A stretch of DNA of 59,291 nt, filler included. It is 5 parts of 5 records of this genome, joined end to end, with 100 filler letters (N's around TTAATTAATTAA, not from the genome) between each part and the next. Parts side by side here need not be neighbours in the genome. Positions count along the whole stretch, not along the records: positions 41,502 to 53,038 come from SRR22947725_418; positions 53,139 to 59,291 come from SRR22947725_432; 3 more parts are not named here. The stretch is one strand, 5' to 3'. A program made the position numbers and the translations under genes. The notes under the pieces are model-generated. The model did no database searches. It had not been told where the DNA came from and worked only from the letters and a program-made list of their open reading frames with translations. Shown piece by piece: positions 49,976-59,291 of the stretch. The first letter of the stretch is position 1. Every line of letters begins with the position of its first letter.

Positions 49976-50878
49976 ATGAATGTTGTTAGTAAAATAAATG
50001 AAACTCCACAAAATAGAGCTATATTTAATAGTCCTGACAATGTTTTTAATTGGTCTTGGCCTAAAGTACCTAGGCATAAATTTCTCAAAGAAAAAAATGA
50101 AGCTTATGATTTTGGTAAAAAAAGCTTGTTAATACCACTTGATATTGCTCATATTTTGAATACACCCTATCCTGCAACAATTCCTTCTATTTTAGCTAGA
50201 TATATAAGATTAAAAAAAGATAGTGCTCTTAGTCATGAATTTATTGCTTCAGGAGAAATTTATTATGTATTAGAAGGTCGTGGTGAAACTAAAAATAATG
50301 ATGTAGTTATTAATTGGTCTAAAGGTGACGTTTTTTGTCTTCCTGGAGGAAATATTACTTATCATTCATCATTATCAGAAGACTCAATATTATTTTGTGT
50401 AACTAACGAGCCAATTTTGTCTTTTGAAAAGCTTATGCCCAAAAATAAAGATAATAATTCTTTAAAACCAACTCACTGGACCAATGAAAAAATTCAATCT
50501 CATCTAAATGAAATATACAACAGACCTAAAACTAAAGAAACTGCAGGTGTAGCTATTCAATTTTCTACTCCTGACACTTTACCTAGCAGAAATACTATAC
50601 CTATGATTAATACTGCTTTAAATACACTTGAATCTGGAGGTGATCAAAGAGCACATAGACATAATGGTGCAGCGCTTACTCTTGCAATACAAGCTGAAAG
50701 TATTTATTCAAATATTGAGAATGAAAAATTTGACTGGGAAGAAGGTGCTGTTTTAATTACACCTGGTACTGAATTGCACTCCCATCATAATAGAGGTTCA
50801 AAAAGAATGATGAGTTTTGTTGTACAAGATGAAGGTTTGCATTTTTATCTTAGAACAACAGGTTTTAGTTGGACTTAA
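49976..50878 (+). CDS. Bicupin protein, gentisate 1,2-dioxygenase-like
   Basis: N-terminal cupin (YYVLEGRG, W..GDVF.LP) and C-terminal cupin with HRH, HSHHN and QD motifs. Confidence 0.7.
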   Translation: MNVVSKINETPQNRAIFNSPDNVFNWSWPKVPRHKFLKEKNEAYDFGKKSLLIPLDIAHILNTPYPATIPSILARYIRLKKDSALSHEFIASGEIYYVLEGRGETKNNDVVINWSKGDVFCLPGGNITYHSSLSEDSILFCVTNEPILSFEKLMPKNKDNNSLKPTHWTNEKIQSHLNEIYNRPKTKETAGVAIQFSTPDTLPSRNTIPMINTALNTLESGGDQRAHRHNGAALTLAIQAESIYSNIENEKFDWEEGAVLITPGTELHSHHNRGSKRMMSFVVQDEGLHFYLRTTGFSWT

Positions 50879-50900
50879 TAATTTTAATAAGAGGTAGAGA

Positions 50901-51515
50901 ATGAATAACTTTAAGTTAGAAGTTTTTACTGATTACGTATGTCCATGGTGCTATTTGGGAGATGCTAGAGTTAAAAAGTTAAAAAAAGCTTATGAAATAG
51001 ATATTAAATTAATCCATTTTCCACTACATCCAGATACCCCAGTTGAAGGAAGAAAGTTATTAGACCTTTTTAGATCAACACAGGATGATATTGATAAAAA
51101 AAATCAAAACATGAGTGCTTTGATGAAAAATGAGGGGCTTCCTTTTAATGATAGGGTTTATACTTTTAATAGTAGGTTAGCTCAAGAAATTGGTGTATGG
51201 GCTGAAAAATTAGATCATAACACTTCTATACACGATAATTTTTTCGAAGCTTATTTTGTACATGGTTTGAATATTGGATTAGAAAATGTAATTTTAGAAA
51301 TTGTTGACAAATCAGGCCTTGATAGGGATGAAGCTAAAAAAATTATTCAAAACCGTTTATTTTCAGACGAAATAGATCAACATTGGAAGAAATCAAGAAA
51401 CTATGGTGTAACAGGGGTTCCGACATACGTTTATAATAATCAAAGTATAGTAGGTGCACAACCATTAGAAAATCTCTCTGAATTTTTAGATTATTTTAAT
51501 GTCCCAAAGAAATAA
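50901..51515 (+). CDS. DsbA/FrnE-family thioredoxin-fold oxidoreductase
   Basis: DYVCPWCY, F.LHP, GVTGVP, GAQP; GAGG SD. Confidence 0.88.
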   Translation: MNNFKLEVFTDYVCPWCYLGDARVKKLKKAYEIDIKLIHFPLHPDTPVEGRKLLDLFRSTQDDIDKKNQNMSALMKNEGLPFNDRVYTFNSRLAQEIGVWAEKLDHNTSIHDNFFEAYFVHGLNIGLENVILEIVDKSGLDRDEAKKIIQNRLFSDEIDQHWKKSRNYGVTGVPTYVYNNQSIVGAQPLENLSEFLDYFNVPKK

Positions 51516-51547
51516 TTTATTCTTCTTAAACATGAAGATATTATAAA

Positions 51548-52012
51548 ATGGTTAAAAAAAAGATATTATTTATCCATCATTCTCCATCTATAAATACAAG
51601 AAAATTATCAAAATGTGTTGAAAATAAAATTTATAATTTAAATCTGAAAATTAATTTAAAGTCTTCAGCACCACTTAATGCTAATATAAACTCATTTGAT
51701 TCAGTAAATGGAGTGATAATTGGTACCACTGAAAATTTTGGATATATGGCAGGGTTAACTAAAGACTTCTTTGACAGAAATTATGATTCGCTTAGACAAA
51801 CAAAACAAGGTCTTCCTGTTTTTTATTATGTAAGGGCTGGCCAAGATGGAGAAGGTAGCAGATTGGCTATAAATAAAATATTAAAGGGTATGGGATGGAG
51901 ACAGGTTTTGCCTCCAATAATTTTAAAAGGTCCTTGGAAAAATACATTTTTTGGCAATTTAGAAGATAAAGTTTCAAATTTTGCTCATGGAATTGAATTA
52001 GGTATTTATTAA
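51548..52012 (+). CDS. Flavodoxin-like protein
   Basis: GT.ENFGYMAGL.KDFFDR, AG.DG.G. Confidence 0.8.
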   Translation: MVKKKILFIHHSPSINTRKLSKCVENKIYNLNLKINLKSSAPLNANINSFDSVNGVIIGTTENFGYMAGLTKDFFDRNYDSLRQTKQGLPVFYYVRAGQDGEGSRLAINKILKGMGWRQVLPPIILKGPWKNTFFGNLEDKVSNFAHGIELGIY

Positions 52013-52857
52013 TCTTCATTAGGATATTTAGGTATATTTTTTAAACCCCTTAATAAAGCTTTTTGGAAATTGATCATATCATCACTAATTTTGCTTTGAG
52101 TGTTTTCCAGGCCATCTATGAAGCTTTTAACGTCCTTTTCTAATATTGCTATTGTATTATCGTTATTATAACTTTCTTTTGCCCAATCAATTTTATTTAA
52201 ATTATCGCTAAACCAATTCTTTCCTGATGAACAATTAAGAATGTTTAGTAATTGCTCAGAGGATATATTTAAATTTTTTGCCTCTGATAAAACATGTCTA
52301 ACAGCTAATACCGAACATGATGCAACAAAATTATTCAATACTTTTATAGACATTCCAGAACCAAAATCACCAATATGATGTATTTTTTCTCCTAAAATAT
52401 TTAAAATTGGTAAAATTTTTTCAAAGTCATTTGAGCTTGAACCAACCATAAATGTTAGAGTTGCATCCTTTGCTTTCATTGGCGCGCCAGACATGGGAGC
52501 TTCTATCATTTTAATATTTGGAGGTTTTTTGTTAAAAAATTCTTTTAGAAATGCAGGTGATAATGTTGAGCAGATCACAAGTATTTTAGGTGTATTAGTT
52601 TTAAACAGCCCATCTTGACCTTCACATAATTCAAGTGTTTGATTTATATCTCTTACTATACTAAATATGATATCACTTTTAGCAAAAAATTCTTTTTTAG
52701 ACTTAATGAAATTATTTTTAACTGTAGGAAAAAATTTCTCATGTTTTATATCATATCCATATGCATTAATATTATTTTTTAACAGAACTTCTAACATTGG
52801 TAATCCCATTGTTCCGCAGCCTGCAACGCCAACACTCAATGATAAAATATTGCTCAT
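52009..52857 (-). CDS. NAD(P)-dependent beta-hydroxyacid dehydrogenase (3-hydroxyisobutyrate dehydrogenase-like)
   Basis: GCGTMG.PM, EAPMSG, catalytic K in IKVLNN, KD. Start set at ATG 52857 after GAGG. Confidence 0.85.
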   Translation of the reverse strand: MSNILSLSVGVAGCGTMGLPMLEVLLKNNINAYGYDIKHEKFFPTVKNNFIKSKKEFFAKSDIIFSIVRDINQTLELCEGQDGLFKTNTPKILVICSTLSPAFLKEFFNKKPPNIKMIEAPMSGAPMKAKDATLTFMVGSSSNDFEKILPILNILGEKIHHIGDFGSGMSIKVLNNFVASCSVLAVRHVLSEAKNLNISSEQLLNILNCSSGKNWFSDNLNKIDWAKESYNNDNTIAILEKDVKSFIDGLENTQSKISDDMINFQKALLRGLKNIPKYPNED

Positions 52858-52945
52858 ATTTAACCTCAAACATTTATCTACCTTAACTTGTTTTAGATGA
52901 TTATTTTCAATATATTAATCTATATTTTAAAAAAGGAATACAAAA

Positions 52946-53038
52946 GTGAATAATGTTGACATTAATATTAATGATCTTAAGGCTTGGATTGGTAATGAGG
53001 AAGTTGCCTATGATGAGGTGTCAGTTAATTTAGAAAAA
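52946..53038 (+). CDS. N-terminal fragment, possibly a MaoC/hotdog-fold acyl-CoA hydratase
   Basis: GTG start after AAGGA; MNNVDININDLKAWIGNEEVAYDEVSVNLEK has the L..WIG...D pattern; cut by the contig end. Confidence 0.4.
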
Positions 53039-53138
53039 NNNNNNNNNNNNNNNNNNNNNNNNNNNNNNNNNNNNNNNNNNNNTTAATTAATTAANNNNNN
53101 NNNNNNNNNNNNNNNNNNNNNNNNNNNNNNNNNNNNNN
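53039..53138. other. Artificial contig-joining spacer
   Basis: N44-TTAATTAATTAA-N44. Confidence 0.97.
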
Positions 53139-53179
53139 AATTAAATTTTAAAAATTGATACTAGTAGAGCTAGCAATCA

Positions 53180-53839
53180 ATGAAAAAAATACAAATATCT
53201 CCTTCAATTTTATCTGCTGACTTTAGTCAATTAGGAAATGAAATAAAAAGACTTGAAGAAGGTGGTGCAGATATGATCCATGTGGATGTGATGGATGGTC
53301 ATTTTGTTCCTAATTTAACCATGGGTCCACCAATCATAAAATCATTAAGAAAATTTACAAAACTACCATTTGATGTTCATTTAATGATTTCACCCGTGCA
53401 TAAGTATATTAAAGATTATGCAGACGCAGGTGCAGATATTATTACTATACACCCAGAAGCAACTGAAAATTTAGCAGTCTCTATTGAACATATTAAAAGT
53501 TTAGGAAAAAAAGTGGGGGTTTCTTTAAATCCAGAAAGTAAAATTAATTTAATAACTGACTTATTAAATGAGATAGATTTAGTTCTAATTATGAGCGTAA
53601 ACCCTGGATTTGGAGGACAAAAATTTATGCCAGAAGTTTTAGAAAAAATTAAAGAATTAAAAAAAATAAGAGATCAAAAAAATATAGATTTTGATATCGA
53701 GATTGATGGTGGAATTAATTTTGATAATAATAAACTAGCAATAGAAGCTGGAGCAAATATTTTAGTTTCTGGGACAACTATATTTAAAAATAACAATGGA
53801 GATATAAAAAAAAATATAGACCTTTTAAAATCGAGTTAG
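53180..53839 (+). CDS. rpe: Ribulose-phosphate 3-epimerase
   Basis: SPSILSADF, HVDVMDGHFVPN, DVHLM, MSVNPGFGGQ, IDGG. Confidence 0.97.
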   Translation: MKKIQISPSILSADFSQLGNEIKRLEEGGADMIHVDVMDGHFVPNLTMGPPIIKSLRKFTKLPFDVHLMISPVHKYIKDYADAGADIITIHPEATENLAVSIEHIKSLGKKVGVSLNPESKINLITDLLNEIDLVLIMSVNPGFGGQKFMPEVLEKIKELKKIRDQKNIDFDIEIDGGINFDNNKLAIEAGANILVSGTTIFKNNNGDIKKNIDLLKSS

Positions 53840-53843
53840 AATA

Positions 53844-55454
53844 ATGATTTTAAACAATTCATTTAGGCTTATTAAAAAAAAAATTCGTCACTTTTATTTA
53901 AACTCCTATCTATATAATAAAAAAATTACACCCTCTTCTATTGAGTTACTAGAATATCAGCCAAGCCCTAGCTTGTTAGATGGCCTTATAAAATATGATA
54001 AAAAAAAGATTAACATAGAAAATTATTCGTTAAATGAAATTTGGGATAATCCAAATTTAAAAGAAAAAGACCAACAAAATTTAAACAGTTTTTTTTGGCT
54101 ATTTAGCCTAGATCTTAGATCTTCAAAAAAAGATACTCAAAATGTCATTAATCAATGGATTAATACAAATGACAGGTACAACTCTAAAAATTGGAAAATT
54201 GATATAATTGGAAAAAGAATAATAGCTTGGATTTCAAATTCTAGGCTTACCTATGAAGATGGCAATATAGATTATAAAGACAAGTTTAACGGCACTATAA
54301 AGAAGCAGATCAATCACCTTATTAATGAAATTGAAACCTCTGAATTAATCGATAATAAAATTATAGGGTGTGCAGCTATCATTTTAACTGGTCTATCGTA
54401 CCCTCAAAATAATAATTATTTAAATACTGGGTTAAGTTTACTAAAAAAATTAGCCAAATATTCATTGGATAATGATGGCTTTCCAAAATCAAGGAATATT
54501 AGACAGTTAAGTTTTTACTTAAAATATTTTATATTAATTAGGGAATGGTTCAAAGAATCTCAAAATGAAATACCAGATTTTATAAATGAAAATATATATT
54601 ATTTAGGTCAGGCTTACGCTTTTATTTGGCAAAACAATAAAATAGATTTTCTCTTTAATGGTAATCATAAAACAAATAACCATAATTTTGACCTTTATTT
54701 AAAAAGACTTGGATATAATTTTAAAAATCAAAATAATGAGCTGGGTGGCTATGTTGTCCTTAGTAATAAAAAAAATTCTTTAATAATGGATATTGGATCG
54801 AGCCCAAATAAAAAATTATCTTCAGATTATCAAGCTGGTGCTTTATCTTTTGAAATTATATCAAATAGTAAAAAATTAATTAGTAATTGTGGTTATTTTC
54901 AAAAAATTGATCATCAATTAAATGAAATATCTAAGTCAAGCGCAGTCCATAGCACACTAATTTTAGATGATAAATCCTCTTGTAATTTTAACAAAGTAAG
55001 AGGTAAAAAATCTAAAATTAATCAAGAATTAAGAATATTAAAAAAAAAAGTAGTATTTGAAAAAAATTATTGGAAAATTAATGCTTCTCATGATGGCTAT
55101 TCAAAACCACTTAGTATTGTTCATGATCGAGAAATAGAATTTTACCCAGAACAATTAAAATTCATTGGCCATGATAAAATTATTTCTAACAAGGGTATTA
55201 AAAACTTAAAATTTGATATTAGATTTCACTTGGAGCCAAATATTCGATTAATGAAAACTCAAGATGAAAAATCAATACTTATTGATCTTGATGGAGAAGG
55301 TTGGAAATTTAGCTCAGAAAATTCTAAGATAAATATTGAAGAAGGGTTATATTTTGGAGAAAAAAATTCTTTTACAAATAATCAAAATATATTTATTTCA
55401 GGAATGACTAATGAAGAAAATCAAACTATAAGATGGGAAATCACAAAATTATAA
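53844..55454 (+). CDS. Heparinase II/III-like protein
   Basis: AGALSFE, NCG, HSTL, ASHDGY, IRFHL.P; usual alphaproteobacterial position before purH. Confidence 0.75.
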   Translation: MILNNSFRLIKKKIRHFYLNSYLYNKKITPSSIELLEYQPSPSLLDGLIKYDKKKINIENYSLNEIWDNPNLKEKDQQNLNSFFWLFSLDLRSSKKDTQNVINQWINTNDRYNSKNWKIDIIGKRIIAWISNSRLTYEDGNIDYKDKFNGTIKKQINHLINEIETSELIDNKIIGCAAIILTGLSYPQNNNYLNTGLSLLKKLAKYSLDNDGFPKSRNIRQLSFYLKYFILIREWFKESQNEIPDFINENIYYLGQAYAFIWQNNKIDFLFNGNHKTNNHNFDLYLKRLGYNFKNQNNELGGYVVLSNKKNSLIMDIGSSPNKKLSSDYQAGALSFEIISNSKKLISNCGYFQKIDHQLNEISKSSAVHSTLILDDKSSCNFNKVRGKKSKINQELRILKKKVVFEKNYWKINASHDGYSKPLSIVHDREIEFYPEQLKFIGHDKIISNKGIKNLKFDIRFHLEPNIRLMKTQDEKSILIDLDGEGWKFSSENSKINIEEGLYFGEKNSFTNNQNIFISGMTNEENQTIRWEITKL

Positions 55455-56989
55455 TGAAAAAAATAAAAAAAGCTCTTATTTCAGTATCTGATAAAAAAGA
55501 TTTAGGCAGTCTTTTAAGAGTTTTAGCGAAATACAAAATTGAATTAATTAGCTCTGGAGGCACCTTTAAAGAAATAAAGAAACTTAAATTTAAATGCCAA
55601 GAAGTTTCAGAGTATACTGGTTCACCAGAAATTCTTGGTGGAAGAGTTAAAACGCTACACCCAAAAATTCATGCTGGTATATTAAGTAAAAGAAACGACA
55701 AATCTCACACTAAAGAACTAAAAGCTAATCAATATGATGAAATTGACCTTGTTATTGTTAACTTTTATCCTTTTGAAAAAACTTTAGATCAAACAACCAA
55801 TCATTCAAAAATAATAGAGAATATTGATGTTGGAGGTCCCACTATGGTTAGGGCAGCTGCCAAAAACTATAACGATGTTACTGTTATTACATCCTCAGAT
55901 CAATATGAAACCTTAATTAATGAATTAGAAAATAATAAGGGATCAACATCTATTGAATTTAGAGAAAAGATGTCTTTAGAGGCCTTTTCTGAAACAGCTT
56001 ATTATGATGCTGTAATTTCTAACTATTTTAATAAAATTAAAAAAAACAATTTTCCCAAAAAAAAAATTATTTATGGAAATTTAATTGAAAAATTAAGATA
56101 CGGTGAAAATCCACATCAAGAAGCTGCAATTTATTCTAAAACTCAAAATCTTAATATTAAACAAATTCATGGTAAGCAGTTAAGTTATAATAATTATAAT
56201 GATATTTTTTCTGCATTAACAATATCAAAATCTTTACCAAAAAACTCCGGAACCGTTATAGTTAAACACGCTAATCCTTGTGGTGTTTCGATTAATAAAA
56301 ATAGTTTGAAAAGTTATAAATTGGCTCTTGCTTCTGATCCAGTTAGCGCTTTTGGAGGAATAGTTTCTTGTAATTTCAAAATAAATAAAACTCTAGCATT
56401 GGAGCTTAATAAAATTTTCTTAGAGGTTATCATTGCTAATGGTTTTCAAGCTGATGCTTTAAAAATTTTAAAAAAGAAAAAAAATATAAGAATTATTGAT
56501 GCATCAGAATTTATGATGAAAGATTTAATTAGATTTGGCTCTGTGAATGAATCTATATTGACACAATCTGAGGATTTAAAAGTTTTTGAACCTAAAGATT
56601 TCAAAGTTGTTTCAAAACTAATACCAAATAAATCTCAATTAAAAAATTTAATTTTTGCATTTAATGTTTGTAGATATGTAAAATCAAATGCAATTGTTCT
56701 TGCAAGCCAAGAAGCAACCGTTGGTATTGGCTCAGGGCAACCTAGTAGACTTGATAGCTGTCAAATTGCTATAGATAAAATGAATAAATTTCAAAACTTA
56801 AAAGAAGATATTGTGGCAGCCTCTGATGCATTTTTTCCATTTGTTGATGGTATTGAAAAATTAGTACAATCAGGAGTTTCAGCTGTAATACAGCCTTCTG
56901 GATCAATTAGAGATAAGGAGATAATAAAATTTGCAAACCAAACTGGTACTATTTTAGTTTTCTCTAAAACAAGACATTTTAGACATTAA
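55454..56989 (+). CDS. purH: Bifunctional AICAR transformylase/IMP cyclohydrolase
   Basis: ALISVSDK, GRVKTLHP, IDVGGPTM.RAAAKN, RYGENPHQ, SDAFFPF, RHFRH. Start set at the coupled ATG 55454. Confidence 0.97.
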   Translation: MKKIKKALISVSDKKDLGSLLRVLAKYKIELISSGGTFKEIKKLKFKCQEVSEYTGSPEILGGRVKTLHPKIHAGILSKRNDKSHTKELKANQYDEIDLVIVNFYPFEKTLDQTTNHSKIIENIDVGGPTMVRAAAKNYNDVTVITSSDQYETLINELENNKGSTSIEFREKMSLEAFSETAYYDAVISNYFNKIKKNNFPKKKIIYGNLIEKLRYGENPHQEAAIYSKTQNLNIKQIHGKQLSYNNYNDIFSALTISKSLPKNSGTVIVKHANPCGVSINKNSLKSYKLALASDPVSAFGGIVSCNFKINKTLALELNKIFLEVIIANGFQADALKILKKKKNIRIIDASEFMMKDLIRFGSVNESILTQSEDLKVFEPKDFKVVSKLIPNKSQLKNLIFAFNVCRYVKSNAIVLASQEATVGIGSGQPSRLDSCQIAIDKMNKFQNLKEDIVAASDAFFPFVDGIEKLVQSGVSAVIQPSGSIRDKEIIKFANQTGTILVFSKTRHFRH

Positions 56990-57323
56990 AAATTTGATCA
57001 ATTTTTGCTGCTAAAATAAAATCATTTTCTGACAATCCTTCAATAGCATGAGTAGTAATTATAATTTTAGCATATCCCCAACCAAAAGAAATATCTGGAT
57101 GATGATTTTCATTTTCAGATATTTCACCAACTTTATTTATAAAATTTTGACTATTAACAAAATTCTTAAAAATAAAATTTTTCTCTAAAAAATATATTTC
57201 TTTTGTATTTTTTTTAACATCCCAACCATCAACTTTTTTTTGATATTTATGAATTTCACTAATATCAAAAGGTAAAATTCCACCCTCACATGGTACACAT
57301 TTTTTATTAAGTAAATCACTCAT
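56979..57323 (-). CDS. Pterin-4-alpha-carbinolamine dehydratase
   Basis: CVPCEG, HHPDI, TH...LSENDFILAAKID. Confidence 0.92.
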   Translation of the reverse strand: MSDLLNKKCVPCEGGILPFDISEIHKYQKKVDGWDVKKNTKEIYFLEKNFIFKNFVNSQNFINKVGEISENENHHPDISFGWGYAKIIITTHAIEGLSENDFILAAKIDQIFNV

Positions 57324-57345
57324 TGATTAATATGTTTTAAAATTT

Positions 57346-57420
57346 TGGAGCGGGTCAAGGGAATCGAACCCTCTACCTAATCGTTGGCAACGATTCGCTC
57401 TACCAATGAGCTAGACCCGC
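57346..57420 (-). tRNA. tRNA-Gly(GCC)
   Basis: GCGGGTC/GACCCGC acceptor stem, anticodon arm AATCG-TTGCCAA-CGATT, GTTCGATTC T-loop, encoded 3' CCA. Confidence 0.96.
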
Positions 57421-57517
57421 TTATAAAAGACACTATAAATAGATGGTTTTTTTAGTTCAATCAATAATAAAGTGTTTCATTGGTATATAGATTTTCAAAA
57501 ATTTGCTAAAAGAAAGA

Positions 57518-58159
57518 ATGAAAAAACAAGATTTACCAAAAACTATCCCTGTATTTCCATTAAGTAACTTTATTATATTTCCTCATACAACAGTTCCATT
57601 AAATATATTTGAACCAAGATATATTGAAATGATTAATGATAGTATGAAAACAAACAAGATGATTGGTTTGATTCAACCAAAAAATAATGATGATAGTTCA
57701 ATCCCTGGTCTTCATAAGGTTGGCTGTTTAGGTAAAATAACCAATTTTAAAGATACAGCAGATGGCAGATATATGATTGATCTAAATGGTATAACGCGGT
57801 TTGAAGTAACTAAAGAAATTAAAAGTTCAAAACCTTATCGTATTTGCGAGACTACTTATGATAATTTTGAGCTAGATTTAATTTCTGAAAAAAAGAAATT
57901 AAAATTTTCTGATCTAGAGTCAATATTTAAAGATTTAAAATTATTATTTGAAAAAAAAGGATATATTATAAATTGGAAATCTTTAGAGAAACAAGATTTA
58001 AATGAAACGATAAATGCTCTAGCAATGGCATCTCCTTTTTCACTAGAAGAAAAACAAATTTTATTAGAAAGTAAAAATTTAGAAGCAAGAAAAGATAAAA
58101 TTTCAGAAATATTGAGTACTTACAGTTTTGATGATTTCCATAATACAACTATTCAGTAG
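57518..58159 (+). CDS. Lon peptidase substrate-binding (N-terminal) domain protein
   Basis: IPVFPL, PLNIFEPRY, VGCLG.I, DGRY, EKQILLE. Confidence 0.88.
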   Translation: MKKQDLPKTIPVFPLSNFIIFPHTTVPLNIFEPRYIEMINDSMKTNKMIGLIQPKNNDDSSIPGLHKVGCLGKITNFKDTADGRYMIDLNGITRFEVTKEIKSSKPYRICETTYDNFELDLISEKKKLKFSDLESIFKDLKLLFEKKGYIINWKSLEKQDLNETINALAMASPFSLEEKQILLESKNLEARKDKISEILSTYSFDDFHNTTIQ

Positions 58160-58161
58160 GC

Positions 58162-59256
58162 TTAAAAATTTATTCCTGCATCCGCTAGTTTAATAAAATA
58201 ATTATTTAGATTTTTGTTTTTTCCAATGTTTTTAAGAATTTTGCTAAAGCTTTTATTTTGAACTTTTTTATTTAAATTAAAAGATTCATAAATTAAGTCT
58301 ATGGCTTTAGAAAAAACAAAGTTTTTATCTTTTGTTTTTTTTTCAAATTCATCAAATATCTGTGAATCTAACTGCATACCTAATTCAATTTTGTCTTCAA
58401 TAATTTTAGTTAGAATTCTAAGATCTCGTATTGTCATATTAAATCCTTGTCCTGCTAATGGGTGCACTCTGTGTAGCATGTCTCCAAAAGCTAAGATATT
58501 TTTATGATAATAGTTTCTTAAATTTGAAGAACTCAACTCAAAACTATTTAATTTATCAATTTTGTTAATTAGATATTTGGGGTTATTTTTATTAATTAAA
58601 TCTATTACATCGCTATTATCAAATTTTTTATTCTTAATATCCATTGAGTATACTACAGATGTTTCGGTGCTAGAGATTGGTAAAAATGCAATTGGACCTT
58701 GCTTTGTAAAAATTTGAGTTGCTGTATTATTCTCTATTTTTTTATGATTTAAAATAGTGGTATAAGCAAGATTATAATAATTTTTACTAATTTTTTTAGT
58801 GAAGTACTTTTTTGCCAAAAAATTATTTGCATCACAATTTATTATTAAATCATATTCTTTTTTATTTAAAAACTCCTCATTAATATTTTTGCTCAATATT
58901 ATTTTTTTAAAAAATTTACTTTTAATAAGGTTATTATTTAACGATTTTAGAAGCTCATCATTTTTTATAATATAAAATAGATCATTTTTGTCATTTTCAA
59001 ATTTTAATAAATTTTCTGTATCAATTTTATCAGTATAAATTTCTATTCTATTTATTTTCCAGTAATTATTTTTTGAAATCTGAAAAATTTTTTCTTTGAA
59101 AAATTCAAAATTACTTTTAGATATTCCTATTGTTCTATTGGAGGAAAAATTACTATTTCTACTTTTATAATAATAATGAACATTTATTTTTTTATTTATA
59201 AGGCTTTTAGCTAAAGATAGAGCAGTTAGACCTTCACCAATAATACAAACATTCAT
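58162..59256 (-). CDS. ubiH: UbiH/UbiF/COQ6-family FAD-dependent hydroxylase
   Basis: Degenerate Rossmann motif IIGEGLTA, GPIAFLP, GD..H.VHPLAGQGFNM..RD. Confidence 0.8.
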   Translation of the reverse strand: MNVCIIGEGLTALSLAKSLINKKINVHYYYKSRNSNFSSNRTIGISKSNFEFFKEKIFQISKNNYWKINRIEIYTDKIDTENLLKFENDKNDLFYIIKNDELLKSLNNNLIKSKFFKKIILSKNINEEFLNKKEYDLIINCDANNFLAKKYFTKKISKNYYNLAYTTILNHKKIENNTATQIFTKQGPIAFLPISSTETSVVYSMDIKNKKFDNSDVIDLINKNNPKYLINKIDKLNSFELSSSNLRNYYHKNILAFGDMLHRVHPLAGQGFNMTIRDLRILTKIIEDKIELGMQLDSQIFDEFEKKTKDKNFVFSKAIDLIYESFNLNKKVQNKSFSKILKNIGKNKNLNNYFIKLADAGINF

Positions 59257-59291
59257 AATAATTTTAATTTTAACAATAAAAATTAGATGAT

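Noticed and set aside
22706-53138. TTAATTAATTAA repeated four times as a biological repeat, att site or CRISPR repeat
   Set aside because: Always centred in exactly 44+44 Ns; it is a synthetic six-frame-stop linker.
57346-57500. tRNA-Gly as an integration site for a mobile element
   Set aside because: No integrase, no duplicated tRNA 3' end noticed, and core genes on both sides.
1102-58507. Short antisense or overlapping ORFs in the track (e.g. 8405-8923, 26490-26861, 37292-37861, 41953-42393, 48584-48934)
   Set aside because: They lie almost wholly within well-supported genes, mostly on the opposite strand, have no recognisable motifs and look like shadow ORFs.

Overview
The window is not one continuous locus. 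It is five AT-rich contigs joined by four identical 100-bp artificial spacers (N44-TTAATTAATTAA-N44), so gene neighbourhoods must not be read across them. Contig A (1-22705) is a Pelagibacter/SAR11-like surface-glycan island. It carries an EPS-associated MarR regulator and an RfaH/NusG paralogue, followed by about 20 kb of co-directional genes: an ABC flippase, a GDP-linked legionaminic-acid pathway, and three tailoring modules (deacetylase + formyltransferase, carbamoyltransferase, HisF/HisH/amidotransferase). Contig B (22806-30301) is Bacteroidota-like (uvrC, DUF3108, M23 peptidase, pgi, TonB-dependent receptor). Contig C (30402-41401) is a SAR11-like dcw cluster lacking ftsZ and recN and carrying a degenerate ftsA. 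Contig D (41502-53038) is a low-GC alphaproteobacterial-like region with a photolyase, many oxidoreductases and two unannotated small membrane proteins. Contig E (53139-59291) is SAR11-like core (rpe, purH, tRNA-Gly, ubiH). The strongest new signal is a palindromic operator, GTTCA-N5-TGAAC, found three times; twice it occupies the 17-bp spacer of near-identical sigma70-like promoters. Together with the MarR and RfaH-like genes it suggests a two-tier control module for the glycan island. All product and taxon calls come from motif recognition by eye; no database searches were run.
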